Source: Spirochaetia bacterium (lineage in GTDB: Bacteria > Spirochaetota > Spirochaetia > UBA9216). From it: DNA of 64,000 nucleotides. The first letter of the stretch is position 1. Every line of letters begins with the position of its first letter. The stretch spans positions 864,001 through 928,000 of the forward strand of contig CAXXYH010000004.1 in assembly GCA_963677925.2 (NCBI GenBank), in the 5' to 3' direction. Under the pieces are notes generated by a model. That model saw nothing but the letters and a program-made list of their open reading frames with translations, was not told the DNA's origin and did not search any database. A program made the translations under genes and the position numbers. Positions 28,851 to 38,084 of this stretch are shown piece after piece.

Positions 28851-29253
28851 CTGTTATCCTTTATTTTCAATAATCAATATATTTTAGAATTTAATTTATT
28901 CTGTCAAGAAGTCTCGACAGAAATATATGTTAGCATGAGTGAGATCAACATAAACGATTAGTATTGGGTAACAGTTTGCATGACTCTTTAAAAATAGTGG
29001 TCTACCTGTGTAATTCTAAATAGCTTTTAAAAGGGTAAAGATATAGAATAAACATTAGCAGAACACCTTAATTACATGGTTTTTAAGGGTAACTAGAATA
29101 AAAGAATTATTAAAAAGCCTTATAGCTTGACTTAGGTGTATTTCAGGAAGATTTAAAGATTTTCTTAGTTTTTGGATATCACAAAATGCAAGTGTAAAAT
29201 TCTGAATAGGAGTTATAACGGAATTTCCTGCACAATTCAGGTTAAATGTTAAA

Positions 29254-29877
29254 TTAGAAAATAGAAGCAATGTCATTTATATAAATTGTAATCCCGATAC
29301 TAGTATTATTTCCAATTCCTGTATCAATGACAGTCTGATATTCCGGATCTGAAATAGTTGACTCGCCGTCAACTACTGTTTCGCTACTGGAATAAATAAA
29401 ACTAGCACTTAAACTGTATTCAGCGAAGGCTGATATAAAAGAATTAAAAAAGATTTCAATTCCAAACAAAGCCTCAGCACCGAACGGAATCTCGGAAAGT
29501 ATTACATAATTTATTTCATCAGTTATAGTGCTCTGTGTTATATAACCTCCGTTTATTGAAAAGCCCCAATAAGGGGAAAGCCGGCTGACATTTAAAAAAT
29601 GATTTTCATATGTGATTCCTGCAATTGAGGAAAAGGTATTAAAGTTATTTGAATAGTAGATATCTATAAGTGTGCGAAGCGATGACACCTCATTAAATCG
29701 ATATTTCATGCCTACCCCTCCTTGGTAGCTTTCAATATCAAGAAGAAGGTTTTCTGCATTAAAGATAAATCCTAATGTACCCTTATCTGGAATTGACTTC
29801 TCTTCATTTGCGAAACATAAATTTATTACAAATAAAAGAATAAATGTTGATATAAATATTACTTTTTTAAACATCAT
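29254..29877 (-). CDS. Putative outer-membrane beta-barrel protein (start moved to the ATG after AAGGAG)
   Basis: Signal peptide, alternating hydrophobic/Gly-rich strands (GVGMKYRF, GIEIFF..AFAEY, GITIY). Confidence 0.6.
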   Translation of the reverse strand: MMFKKVIFISTFILLFVINLCFANEEKSIPDKGTLGFIFNAENLLLDIESYQGGVGMKYRFNEVSSLRTLIDIYYSNNFNTFSSIAGITYENHFLNVSRLSPYWGFSINGGYITQSTITDEINYVILSEIPFGAEALFGIEIFFNSFISAFAEYSLSASFIYSSSETVVDGESTISDPEYQTVIDTGIGNNTSIGITIYINDIASIF

Positions 29878-29888
29878 AAACTCCTTGT

Positions 29889-30293
29889 TTATTGTGAACC
29901 AATCCAATTAAGATACCATCCAGTTATAGGGTCAGCCGATTTGTCTAGAGAGGAATGAAGTTCTGAAATGGAATCATCATTATATTGAGCTGCTACTCCA
30001 AAATCATATATTCCATAATCAAGGATGTCTTTAGAAATCGAAATTTCAACTGTTTTTCCATCTGGTGTATTCTTTAAAAAAGTCCAGGTAGTAGCATTAT
30101 GAAATTTATAATATATTTTATAGCATTTAATGGATGAGGATTCATTGGGTATAGTTATCTCATTATTATCCCAGGCTAATGTGAATCTCTCTGAACGTAT
30201 GATAATTTCTGTTGCACTATCATTATATTCGAAAAATTGACAGGCTGTTGTGAAAGTTAATATTAAGATTATTATGAAAACTTTTTTGTCCAT
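29889..30293 (-). CDS. Lipoprotein with a single FN3-like domain ending in HxSxDxxADPxxGWYxxW
   Basis: Lipobox FTTAC; TLAWD..YKIYY..W..YDFGVAA FN3-like pattern; homologous to the C-terminus of 34392-35366. Confidence 0.65.
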   Translation of the reverse strand: MDKKVFIIILILTFTTACQFFEYNDSATEIIIRSERFTLAWDNNEITIPNESSSIKCYKIYYKFHNATTWTFLKNTPDGKTVEISISKDILDYGIYDFGVAAQYNDDSISELHSSLDKSADPITGWYLNWIGSQ

Positions 30294-30350
30294 TGCAATT
30301 AAACTTAACACTTTAAGAGTAAAACATCAATTTAGTGTGTCAATATTTGA

Positions 30351-30366
30351 ATTACAATATTGAAAT
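30351..30366 (+). promoter_or_regulatory. Putative enhancer (UAS) ATTACAATATTGAAAT
   Basis: Identical to 7844-7859; 109 bp before the sigma54 promoter at 30460. Confidence 0.7.
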
Positions 30367-30459
30367 ATAAATATTTTTCAGATATTGAATTTAAATGTAC
30401 TTATAAGTTAAATAGTTATCCTATAGTAAATTAAATGTAACATGCAATATACTTTAGCA

Positions 30460-30475
30460 TGGCACGCTTCCTGCT
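30460..30475 (+). promoter_or_regulatory. Sigma54 promoter TGGCACGCTTCCTGCT
   Basis: Consensus TGGCACG, GG-N10-GC spacing, upstream of the AAGGAG RBS and the ATG at 30508. Confidence 0.82.
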
Positions 30476-30507
30476 TATATAAATGATATCCATTTAAGGA
30501 GCAGGTT

Positions 30508-31503
30508 ATGAAACCATTATTTAAAAATAAAAAAAGTTTGAAATTAGCAATTCTGGTTTTATTATTCTCATCATTGGCTCTTACAAGCTGTAACCTTTCA
30601 TATTTTGGTATAAGCAGCAATGATGAAGGAGCGATGAGGCTTGAGATTTCAATAAACAGTTCAAGAACCGTATTACCGGGCTCGGATACTGAAATATCCT
30701 ACTATGAAATTACCGGAACCGGTCCCAATGAAAATGAATTCACCCAGACATCAACCGGAACTGAAATTTATATATATGATCTTGCTGTTGGTGAGTGGAA
30801 TGTCTCGATCACCGCTATGAGCAGCGATGACTATGAATTAGGTTTCGGTGAAACAACTGTTATTGTACAGGCCTCTGAGCAGTCGGATGCCTCGGTGACA
30901 GTTTTGCCTTTTGAGGGTACAGGCGCTCTGGCTCTTTCTGTTCTATGGGATGAAGAAGATGTCAGCAGTCCTGAAATTACTGCGGTTCTCAGGAATTCTG
31001 CAGGCGTAGAACAGGACCTGACATTTTCAGTAGGTGCATCATCAGCTACCTTTCAGGATGATGAGATTAATTCAGGTTATTATACCTTAAGTATTCAGAT
31101 GAAAAAGAATGGAACGGTCGTTTCAGGCATCGTTGAAGCGGTAAGGATCATGCAGAACTACATGACTACCGGAAATTTCAGTTTCGAGGATATCAATAAC
31201 CCAACCGGAGATATTGCGTTAACAGTAATAGTTGAAATGGATGAACCTCTGGAGCCTGTTATTTCTGGTGCTGAAGAAACTATAGCTTACGGCTCAATTA
31301 TGACTGTGACAGCATCTGTAATTGATGATGGCGGTGATACCATTGTTTTTTCATGGTTTGTAAATGGAAGCCTTGAAGGGGAAGGTGAGTCAATTACATT
31401 CGGTTCCGATTTAAGATGGGGTACATACAGGCTTGATCTGGTTGCCAGTACAAGCGATGGAAGCCGTTCCGGTTCTGTATCACATACTTTTACGGTGGAG
31501 TGA
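30508..31503 (+). CDS. Lipoprotein with tandem Ig-like beta-sandwich domains
   Basis: Lipobox LALTSC; acidic beta-rich repeats; N-terminal two thirds homologous to 34392-35366. Confidence 0.7.
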   Translation: MKPLFKNKKSLKLAILVLLFSSLALTSCNLSYFGISSNDEGAMRLEISINSSRTVLPGSDTEISYYEITGTGPNENEFTQTSTGTEIYIYDLAVGEWNVSITAMSSDDYELGFGETTVIVQASEQSDASVTVLPFEGTGALALSVLWDEEDVSSPEITAVLRNSAGVEQDLTFSVGASSATFQDDEINSGYYTLSIQMKKNGTVVSGIVEAVRIMQNYMTTGNFSFEDINNPTGDIALTVIVEMDEPLEPVISGAEETIAYGSIMTVTASVIDDGGDTIVFSWFVNGSLEGEGESITFGSDLRWGTYRLDLVASTSDGSRSGSVSHTFTVE

Positions 31504-31630
31504 GCGAGCGTCGCATGACAGCTTGCTGACGCATGGCTGAGCGAACGAACACCGCCGCGAAGCGACAGTGGAGTAGACATATTATATAGTGTTGCAAAAG
31601 GGGCTTACTTATAAAAAGTTAGCTCCTTTT

Positions 31631-33046
31631 CTATTTGTTCTGTCTCCAGCTTTCATGAGTTATTCCAAAACGTTTGACTTTATAATTCAGAACTCTGCTT
31701 GATACATTCAGTAGTTCTGCCGCATCTTTCTGAACCCAGCTTGAACGTTCAAGTGCCTGAAGTATTAAGTTTTCTTCCACTTCCTCAAGACAGACGCCCT
31801 GTTCAGGGAGAATAATCCCTGATTCTGAAGAAGTATTTTTAGGTTCTGCGGAAGGTGTTTTACTTATGATTTTATGACGTCTATTGAAATGCAGTTCAAG
31901 TTCTTCGGGTGTAATGATATCACCTTCAGTCATAAGAACTACCCGTTCAATTGTATTTTCAAGCTCTCTTATATTTCCCGGCCAGCTGTAATCCATCAGC
32001 ATCATAAGTGCTTCCCTGTGTACTCCCCGAATACGTCTGTTTACCGAAAGTGAATACTTTCTTACAAAGTGATGGACCAATAGTCTTATGTCATCCTTCC
32101 GTTCGCGTAAAGCAGGTAGGTGTATGCTTACAACGTTTAGACGGTAATACAGGTCCTCACGTAAATCTCCGTCTTCCATCATCTGAAGAAGATCCTTGTT
32201 AGTTGCTGAAATTATACGGGTATCGGTTTTTATTGTTTTATTACTGCCTACTCGCTCGAATTCTCTTTCCTGGAGTACTCGAAGTACTTTCGCCTGGGTA
32301 TACATGCTCATATCAGCTACTTCGTCCAGAAATATCGTTCCGCCATCTGCCTGCTCAAATCTACCGACTCTTGTCCTGTCAGCACCTGTGAATGCTCCCC
32401 TTTCATAACCGAATAGTTCACTTTCAAGCAGGGTTTCAGGCAGCGCAGCGCAGTTTACCTTTACGAAGGGTTTCTTTGACCTGTCACTGTTGTAGTGAAT
32501 AGACCCGGCAATCAGTTCTTTTCCGGTTCCTGTCTCTCCTGTAATAATTACACTTGATCTGCTTTTCGCCACTCTGTTCACAATGTGAAATATTTTTTTA
32601 ATTTCAGGGCTCTGACCGATGAAGTTGGAAGGCTGATAGTTACTCTGGAATTTACTCTGATTTGATTCAAGTGTCTGTTCCTGGCTTCTTTTTTCGAGCG
32701 CTTTTTTTATCTGGAAAACAAGCTCAGGAATGTTAATCGGCTTTCTTAAAATGCCGTAAGCACCCTCTTTTACCGCTCTGACAGCCTCATTTACGCTGTC
32801 TATATCAGTATGTACAAGTACAACGGTAGTGGGGTCCTGGTCATGTGCTTCTTTAATGATTTCTTTTACTGAACCGTTCTGAAATTTGACAGTTGATATT
32901 ATCAGATCGAAATGATTTGTACTGATTAAATCTATCGCCGTATCAAAATCAAGAGCATATTCTATCTGAGTACCGGCACTTTTCAGGTATCCGGATATAT
33001 CGTTGCAGAGATTCTCGTCCTTATCAATAAATAACAAATTTTGCAT
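31631..33046 (-). CDS. Sigma54-dependent enhancer-binding protein (NtrC-like) with atypical receiver domain
   Basis: [40 protein letters not shown], Fis-type HTH; receiver reads [10 protein letters not shown] (Thr at the phospho-Asp position). Confidence 0.93.
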   Translation of the reverse strand: MQNLLFIDKDENLCNDISGYLKSAGTQIEYALDFDTAIDLISTNHFDLIISTVKFQNGSVKEIIKEAHDQDPTTVVLVHTDIDSVNEAVRAVKEGAYGILRKPINIPELVFQIKKALEKRSQEQTLESNQSKFQSNYQPSNFIGQSPEIKKIFHIVNRVAKSRSSVIITGETGTGKELIAGSIHYNSDRSKKPFVKVNCAALPETLLESELFGYERGAFTGADRTRVGRFEQADGGTIFLDEVADMSMYTQAKVLRVLQEREFERVGSNKTIKTDTRIISATNKDLLQMMEDGDLREDLYYRLNVVSIHLPALRERKDDIRLLVHHFVRKYSLSVNRRIRGVHREALMMLMDYSWPGNIRELENTIERVVLMTEGDIITPEELELHFNRRHKIISKTPSAEPKNTSSESGIILPEQGVCLEEVEENLILQALERSSWVQKDAAELLNVSSRVLNYKVKRFGITHESWRQNK

Positions 33047-33095
33047 ATACTTTCATAAAACAGTACCATTTTTTATATTAGATGTCTATTTAACA

Positions 33096-33111
33096 ATTAC
33101 AGTAATGTAAC
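33096..33111. promoter_or_regulatory. Palindromic version of the UAS box (TTACA-GTAA-TGTAA) between the divergent activator and HD-GYP genes
   Basis: Same TTACA-N4-TGWAA geometry as 7844, 30351 and 34203. Confidence 0.55.
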
Positions 33112-33179
33112 TGGGCAATTGATGTCCGTAATTCTTTATCATATAATGAATTTACACTGAAGGATTTCTCAGGAGAAAA

Positions 33180-34202
33180 GTGATGTCCGAGCATTCAAGA
33201 ATACAGAAACTAAAAGAAATCTCATTTTTTGATGAGGTTGCAGAACAGGATCTGAAAGAAATAGCAGCAATAACTGTGGAAAAGAGCTATGACAGCGGTG
33301 AAATAATCATTGAAGAAAACAGCAGGGCAGAAACCTTCTTCATTATCCACAAGGGGAAAATCGAAATTCTTAAGAAATTTGAGGATGGTGAAGAGGTTAT
33401 TCTTGGGATGTACAGCGACGGGGAGTTTTTCGGTGAGATGGCCATCCTTGATGAGGGACCCCGGTCAGCTACCGCTAGAGCTGTTGATTCAACTACAGTG
33501 ATGGAAGTTTCTTATAAAGATTTTGAGAAAGTCCTGGGTGTTGTTCCGCAGATAGCTTATTCAATAATGAAAGAGCTTAGTACCCGTTTGCGGCAGACAG
33601 GAGCCCTGCTTGTCTGGGAGCTGAAACGTAAAAACCGGGAACTTGCTGAGGCTTCATATAAAACCGTTAAATCAGTTATGAATGTGATCGAGGAAAGAAC
33701 CCCGTACATGACAGGACATGCAGAGTCTGTTGCTGCACTGGCCAGGACAATCGGAAAGAATCTTGGTCTTGATGATGAGGAGCTTTATCAGATGCAGATT
33801 GGATGCCTTCTTCATGATGTTGGTATGATTGGAGTTGGAGAAAGCATTCTTTTGGATAAGAATACCGTAGATTCTGATTCTTTTGAACAGATACAGCAGC
33901 ATGTAATTCATGGAAAACAGATGATAGAAAATATCGAATATCTCAAGCCGATGATTCCACATGTGCTGTATCATCATGAAAGATATGACGGTTCTGGGTA
34001 TCCTGAAGGTTTGAAAGGCGATTCCATCCCTTTCTCTGCTAGGATTATTGCAGTTGCTGATGTTTTTTCTGCGCTTATAAGTGACAGGCCGCATAGAAGC
34101 AGGATATCAGAGAAGGATGCTGCCACATTTATAAAAGAATCTGCCGGAATTATGTTTGATCCGGTTATTGTAAAATCATTTCTTCAAACTCTTAAAACTT
34201 GA
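33180..34202 (+). CDS. Cyclic-nucleotide-binding (cNMP) + HD-GYP c-di-GMP phosphodiesterase
   Basis: cNMP motif FFGEMAIL..GPRSATARA; HD-GYP motifs LHDVG, HHERYDGSGYP, IAVAD, RP. Confidence 0.9.
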   Translation: MMSEHSRIQKLKEISFFDEVAEQDLKEIAAITVEKSYDSGEIIIEENSRAETFFIIHKGKIEILKKFEDGEEVILGMYSDGEFFGEMAILDEGPRSATARAVDSTTVMEVSYKDFEKVLGVVPQIAYSIMKELSTRLRQTGALLVWELKRKNRELAEASYKTVKSVMNVIEERTPYMTGHAESVAALARTIGKNLGLDDEELYQMQIGCLLHDVGMIGVGESILLDKNTVDSDSFEQIQQHVIHGKQMIENIEYLKPMIPHVLYHHERYDGSGYPEGLKGDSIPFSARIIAVADVFSALISDRPHRSRISEKDAATFIKESAGIMFDPVIVKSFLQTLKT

Positions 34203-34218
34203 ATTACAACATTGAAAC
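34203..34218 (+). promoter_or_regulatory. Putative enhancer (UAS) ATTACAACATTGAAAC
   Basis: 14/16 match to the boxes at 7844 and 30351; 140 bp before the sigma54 promoter at 34343. Confidence 0.65.
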
Positions 34219-34342
34219 TTGAATACAGATCTGTATAGAGAATTTCAGGAATTAAATCGTAATATTCATATCATGCATTCTTGATTTTTGTTAAGTCATT
34301 ATTATGTATATATTTATCCTCCTTAGTTGTGATGTTGGGGTT

Positions 34343-34358
34343 TGGCATGCTTATTGCT
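34343..34358 (+). promoter_or_regulatory. Sigma54 promoter TGGCATGCTTATTGCT
   Basis: GG-N10-GC spacing; lies before the GGAGG RBS and the ATG at 34392. Confidence 0.8.
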
Positions 34359-34391
34359 GATATACCCAGATATCCTTTTTTGGAGGGGAAT

Positions 34392-35366
34392 ATGAATAAT
34401 TATACTGCAAAGATAAAAAGTTTACTGGTCATAACAGTTTTAATAATTATAGTTTCGTCATGTCAGAATCCTTTGTTCTCGTTGCTTGGGGGGAAGGGGT
34501 CTCTGAATATAACTATATATTCAAGTGAATCTTCTATTTCAAGAAGTCTTGATGTGATATCCTACAAATTCTATGGAAGCGGCCCTGATGATGAAACTTT
34601 CTATAAAGAGTCTGAATCTAAAAGTATAACTGTTGACAATCTTGTTACAGGTGACTGGACTATAGAGGTCGAGGGCTATACAGCCGATGAGTCTTTAGTT
34701 TTATATGGGGAGACAAGTATATATGTTATTACCGATGAGGATAATGAGCTTGAGTTAACATTGAATGCAGTCAGCGGTGAAGGTTCGCTGTTAATTAGTG
34801 TTAATTGGGCAGCTGAGTACACTGTTGACCCTTCAGTAAGCGCTGTTATAAAAGATAAGGATGGTAATGAAACAGACATCAGTATAGATTGTACTGATGG
34901 AGTAGCTGAAACGAGTGTAGATAACCTTAGTTCAGGATATTATACGGTTTCGTTGCGATTGTATGACTCTGCGGAAGTTGTAACAGGTGGCACCTGGACA
35001 GTAAGAGTATTGAAGGCATGTACCTCTATAGTTGAAGCAGATTTTGTAAACTTAAATAAAGTTGGTGAATGCATAAGTATAATATCAGAAGATTTTACGA
35101 TTGGATGGGATTGTGATGATGCCGGTGGAAATGATTACTTCAATGTCTATTTTCGCAACCGTGGAACTTCTGCCTGGATACTATTAGAACAGATTGAAGC
35201 TGTAAGTTCACCACAAATTCAGGTAACAACATCAAAATTGTCCTATGGCGTGTATGAGTTTGCTGTAAGTTCAATATTAGACGAAGAAGAATCAGGATTA
35301 CACACTTCAATGGATGATGATGCTGATCCTGAAAGTGGTTGGTATATAGATTGGCAGGCGCCATAA
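34392..35366 (+). CDS. Lipoprotein: Ig-like domains + C-terminal FN3-like 'ADPxxGWY' domain (start corrected from 34281)
   Basis: GGAGGGG RBS before ATG 34392; lipobox IVSSC; internal homology to 30508 and 29889. Confidence 0.72.
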   Translation: MNNYTAKIKSLLVITVLIIIVSSCQNPLFSLLGGKGSLNITIYSSESSISRSLDVISYKFYGSGPDDETFYKESESKSITVDNLVTGDWTIEVEGYTADESLVLYGETSIYVITDEDNELELTLNAVSGEGSLLISVNWAAEYTVDPSVSAVIKDKDGNETDISIDCTDGVAETSVDNLSSGYYTVSLRLYDSAEVVTGGTWTVRVLKACTSIVEADFVNLNKVGECISIISEDFTIGWDCDDAGGNDYFNVYFRNRGTSAWILLEQIEAVSSPQIQVTTSKLSYGVYEFAVSSILDEEESGLHTSMDDDADPESGWYIDWQAP

Positions 35367-35525
35367 AAATTTATTAAAAAATTATGGAATTACCAAAAAA
35401 ATATTAGAAAAAGTACTGATGTATATCGGTAAAATACTACTTTATTTGTATTTTTATATTGATTTAGATGGGATATGGTATATAACGGAGAGAAACTAAA
35501 ATCAGTAAAATTTTAAGGAAGTTTC

Positions 35526-36671
35526 ATGAAAAAATACCTGTCTGCATTTTTTGTAATTCTTGTAATTTTTTTATATACAGGGTGCCCGACTGATTCTAAT
35601 ACTATCATTAGTTATGATCCTGACCCTGTTGATGATATAACTTTACTGGAAGATCCTGAAGAGGTTTTATATGTTGTTGTTAATATTGATGGAACCATTT
35701 ATGGTTTCAGTACTGACAGTGATCCGACTGTAACTAGTTCTTATGAAATGCTCGCAACAGATTCGAGCACTGAAGAAAAATATGCTAACATTCGTATTTC
35801 AGATGATTTAAAGTATTTATTATATGCAAGGGTGAATGGTGACCAGATAGATTTGGTTCTTAGAGATATTGAAATGGATGACGATGTGTTTGTAGCTCCT
35901 GATGTTGCAAGTAATGAATCGGAATTTATTGATAACAACACCATCTTCTATACCGACGATGGATATCTTTATATTTATAATGTGGGAGATTCTAGTAGAA
36001 CACTAATAATACCTCACCAGGTTAATAGATGTAACCATTGGGCCCAGATATCACCAAGTCTTGATAAAATGGTTTATAAAGATCAGGATCCATATCAGAG
36101 TAAATTAGCAATTCATTCATATACCGAAATAGATTTGGAGAATATCCCTGTAGGTGGATTTACCGATGTGAATGATATAATTTCGTACGATGGAATAACA
36201 TCGGAGGTTTCGGTTAATCTATATGATCCTTTTTATTATTCCTGGCGAAACAATGACAGCGTAATTTTTAAGAATAAACCTGGAAATACGAGTATCCTTT
36301 TTGAGAAAAATATCACTACAAGAACAGAAATGTCTTATGCATCAATCGAAATAGATTCGAATGAAGCTCTTTTCAGTAAAGTACTGGTATCTCCAGATAA
36401 ATCTACTCTTCTGTTATACGGGCATTATGGTGTTTATCTTATAGATTTAGAAGAAAATGAAAAAATGACCGGTACTATAGAACCTGTTGAATTATATACC
36501 TCTCTATCGTACAGCACAGAATATGCTTCCTTTGGTACTCAATCGGGCAGTTTTGTTTTAGGTACTGATAACTGGATTGGAATTTATAATACAGCTGAAG
36601 CATCTAAAACAAATATCTCGGTTAGTGATATTTGGGAACTTGGAACACTGTATGCTGTATATTGTCGGTGA
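35526..36671 (+). CDS. Lipoprotein, probable TolB/PD40-like beta-propeller
   Basis: Lipobox LYTGC; repeated 'ISDD.KY', 'ISPS.DK', 'VSPDKS' blade-like motifs. Confidence 0.55.
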   Translation: MKKYLSAFFVILVIFLYTGCPTDSNTIISYDPDPVDDITLLEDPEEVLYVVVNIDGTIYGFSTDSDPTVTSSYEMLATDSSTEEKYANIRISDDLKYLLYARVNGDQIDLVLRDIEMDDDVFVAPDVASNESEFIDNNTIFYTDDGYLYIYNVGDSSRTLIIPHQVNRCNHWAQISPSLDKMVYKDQDPYQSKLAIHSYTEIDLENIPVGGFTDVNDIISYDGITSEVSVNLYDPFYYSWRNNDSVIFKNKPGNTSILFEKNITTRTEMSYASIEIDSNEALFSKVLVSPDKSTLLLYGHYGVYLIDLEENEKMTGTIEPVELYTSLSYSTEYASFGTQSGSFVLGTDNWIGIYNTAEASKTNISVSDIWELGTLYAVYCR

Positions 36672-36736
36672 CTTTATATATTGACGACTTTAATATAAAA
36701 AAGTAATCTTATTTAATTAAAATTTCAGGACTATAA

Positions 36737-37450
36737 ATGAATTTTGTTCAAAAGTTTATTCTTTCACTGATAATATTTCTTCTTCCGGGTTCGCTTTTTT
36801 CCCAAAGCCGTTTTTTAGAGGAAGGTGTGGCTGGCACTGGTTTTATTATAAACACAGAAATTGATTATTCAATTGCTGAATCTACAACTTCTTTCGCTTC
36901 AATTGGTGCTTCCACGGCATATTCTATAGGCGGAATTATGGACATTGGTTTTGTTATCAATCGTGAAACAGGAATTATTAACGGTATTGAAAGTATAAAC
37001 TGGAATCTTGACCTGCTTTATAATCTGATAGCTATCAAGCAGAATGAAGTCAATCCGATCAATGTTCAGCTTGAAGTAGCTTATGGTTATACTAACTACA
37101 ATTCTGAATATCTTGATATTCATGATTATACTAAAACCAGCCAGGGCTATGAATTGGGTATCTCATTGTTTCATGAGTTTCTGCAGGAACAAATTTTTAG
37201 TTTTATATTAGGTGGTGAAGTAAAATATTCAAATTTTAATCATATCACCTATGAAAGCGGTGATCCGCTAACAGCCGTTGTAGAAAGTTATGTACACGAA
37301 GAGAATTTATACTATGGTGGTTTTGCTTTCTTGTCCTTTAAACCTGATTCAGGACCTCTCCTTTCTGTGGGTGCAGCTGCTATGTTTAATTTTAATGAAA
37401 ACTTGATGGAAATGACACCTTCTGTTATATTTATACTACCTTCTTATTAA
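36737..37450 (+). CDS. Secreted protein, probable outer-membrane beta-barrel
   Basis: Signal peptide ending LFS-Q; alternating hydrophobic strands. Confidence 0.5.
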   Translation: MNFVQKFILSLIIFLLPGSLFSQSRFLEEGVAGTGFIINTEIDYSIAESTTSFASIGASTAYSIGGIMDIGFVINRETGIINGIESINWNLDLLYNLIAIKQNEVNPINVQLEVAYGYTNYNSEYLDIHDYTKTSQGYELGISLFHEFLQEQIFSFILGGEVKYSNFNHITYESGDPLTAVVESYVHEENLYYGGFAFLSFKPDSGPLLSVGAAAMFNFNENLMEMTPSVIFILPSY

Positions 37451-37461
37451 GTAGTATAAAT

Positions 37462-37641
37462 ATGAAAATTAATAAAAAAAAAGTAAAAACTATCGGTGAT
37501 TTAATATATCTTCTTTTTGGTGCTTTATTTTTATTTATTGTTTTAATTATTGTTGTAGGACTCATTTTGTATTTTATTAAGTCATTTTTGGGAATTAATC
37601 TTTTTCCCAAACATCTTTGGGAATACGTTAATCCACTATAG
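37462..37641 (+). CDS. Small membrane protein (59 aa, missing from the ORF track)
   Basis: MKINKKKVKTIGDLIYLLFGALFLFIVLIIVVGLILYFIKSFLGINLFPKHLWEYVNPL: basic N-terminus plus one TM helix. Confidence 0.55.
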   Translation: MKINKKKVKTIGDLIYLLFGALFLFIVLIIVVGLILYFIKSFLGINLFPKHLWEYVNPL

Positions 37642-37673
37642 ATTCATTTTAACTTCTATACATAATAAAAATC

Positions 37674-38084
37674 TTGTGCATAATATATGACACTATGCAG
37701 GAAATCTTGAAAAAAATTCTTCTCCTCGGTATTGGCGGCTTTTTAGGCAGTAATGGCCGCTACTGGATATCAAGGCTTATGATACATCTAACCGGCTGGG
37801 GATATCCTCTTGGAACTCTGGTTGTTAATGCTGCAGGAAGCTTTATTCTGGGTTTTATTGCAGGTATTCCGTTAAGCAGCAAGGGTATTTCGCTCGAACT
37901 GCGTCTTTTAATAGGAACGGGCTTTTTAGGAGCCTTGACTACTTTTTCCACCTTCTCGGTGGAAACTGTTGAGATGTTTCAAAAAGGAAGCCCGGCAACA
38001 GCTTTACTGAATACCGGGCTTAATATCGGATTGGGATTTTTATTCGCCTTTATTGGATTATATCTATCCAAGCGCTACGTCTAG
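37674..38084 (+). CDS. crcB: Fluoride efflux channel (likely start 37695)
   Basis: [29 protein letters not shown] signature. Confidence 0.93.
   Translation: MCIIYDTMQEILKKILLLGIGGFLGSNGRYWISRLMIHLTGWGYPLGTLVVNAAGSFILGFIAGIPLSSKGISLELRLLIGTGFLGALTTFSTFSVETVEMFQKGSPATALLNTGLNIGLGFLFAFIGLYLSKRYV

Noticed and set aside
34281-34391. N-terminal extension of the lipoprotein given in the ORF track
   Set aside because: This stretch contains the sigma54 promoter; the RBS and lipobox support ATG 34392
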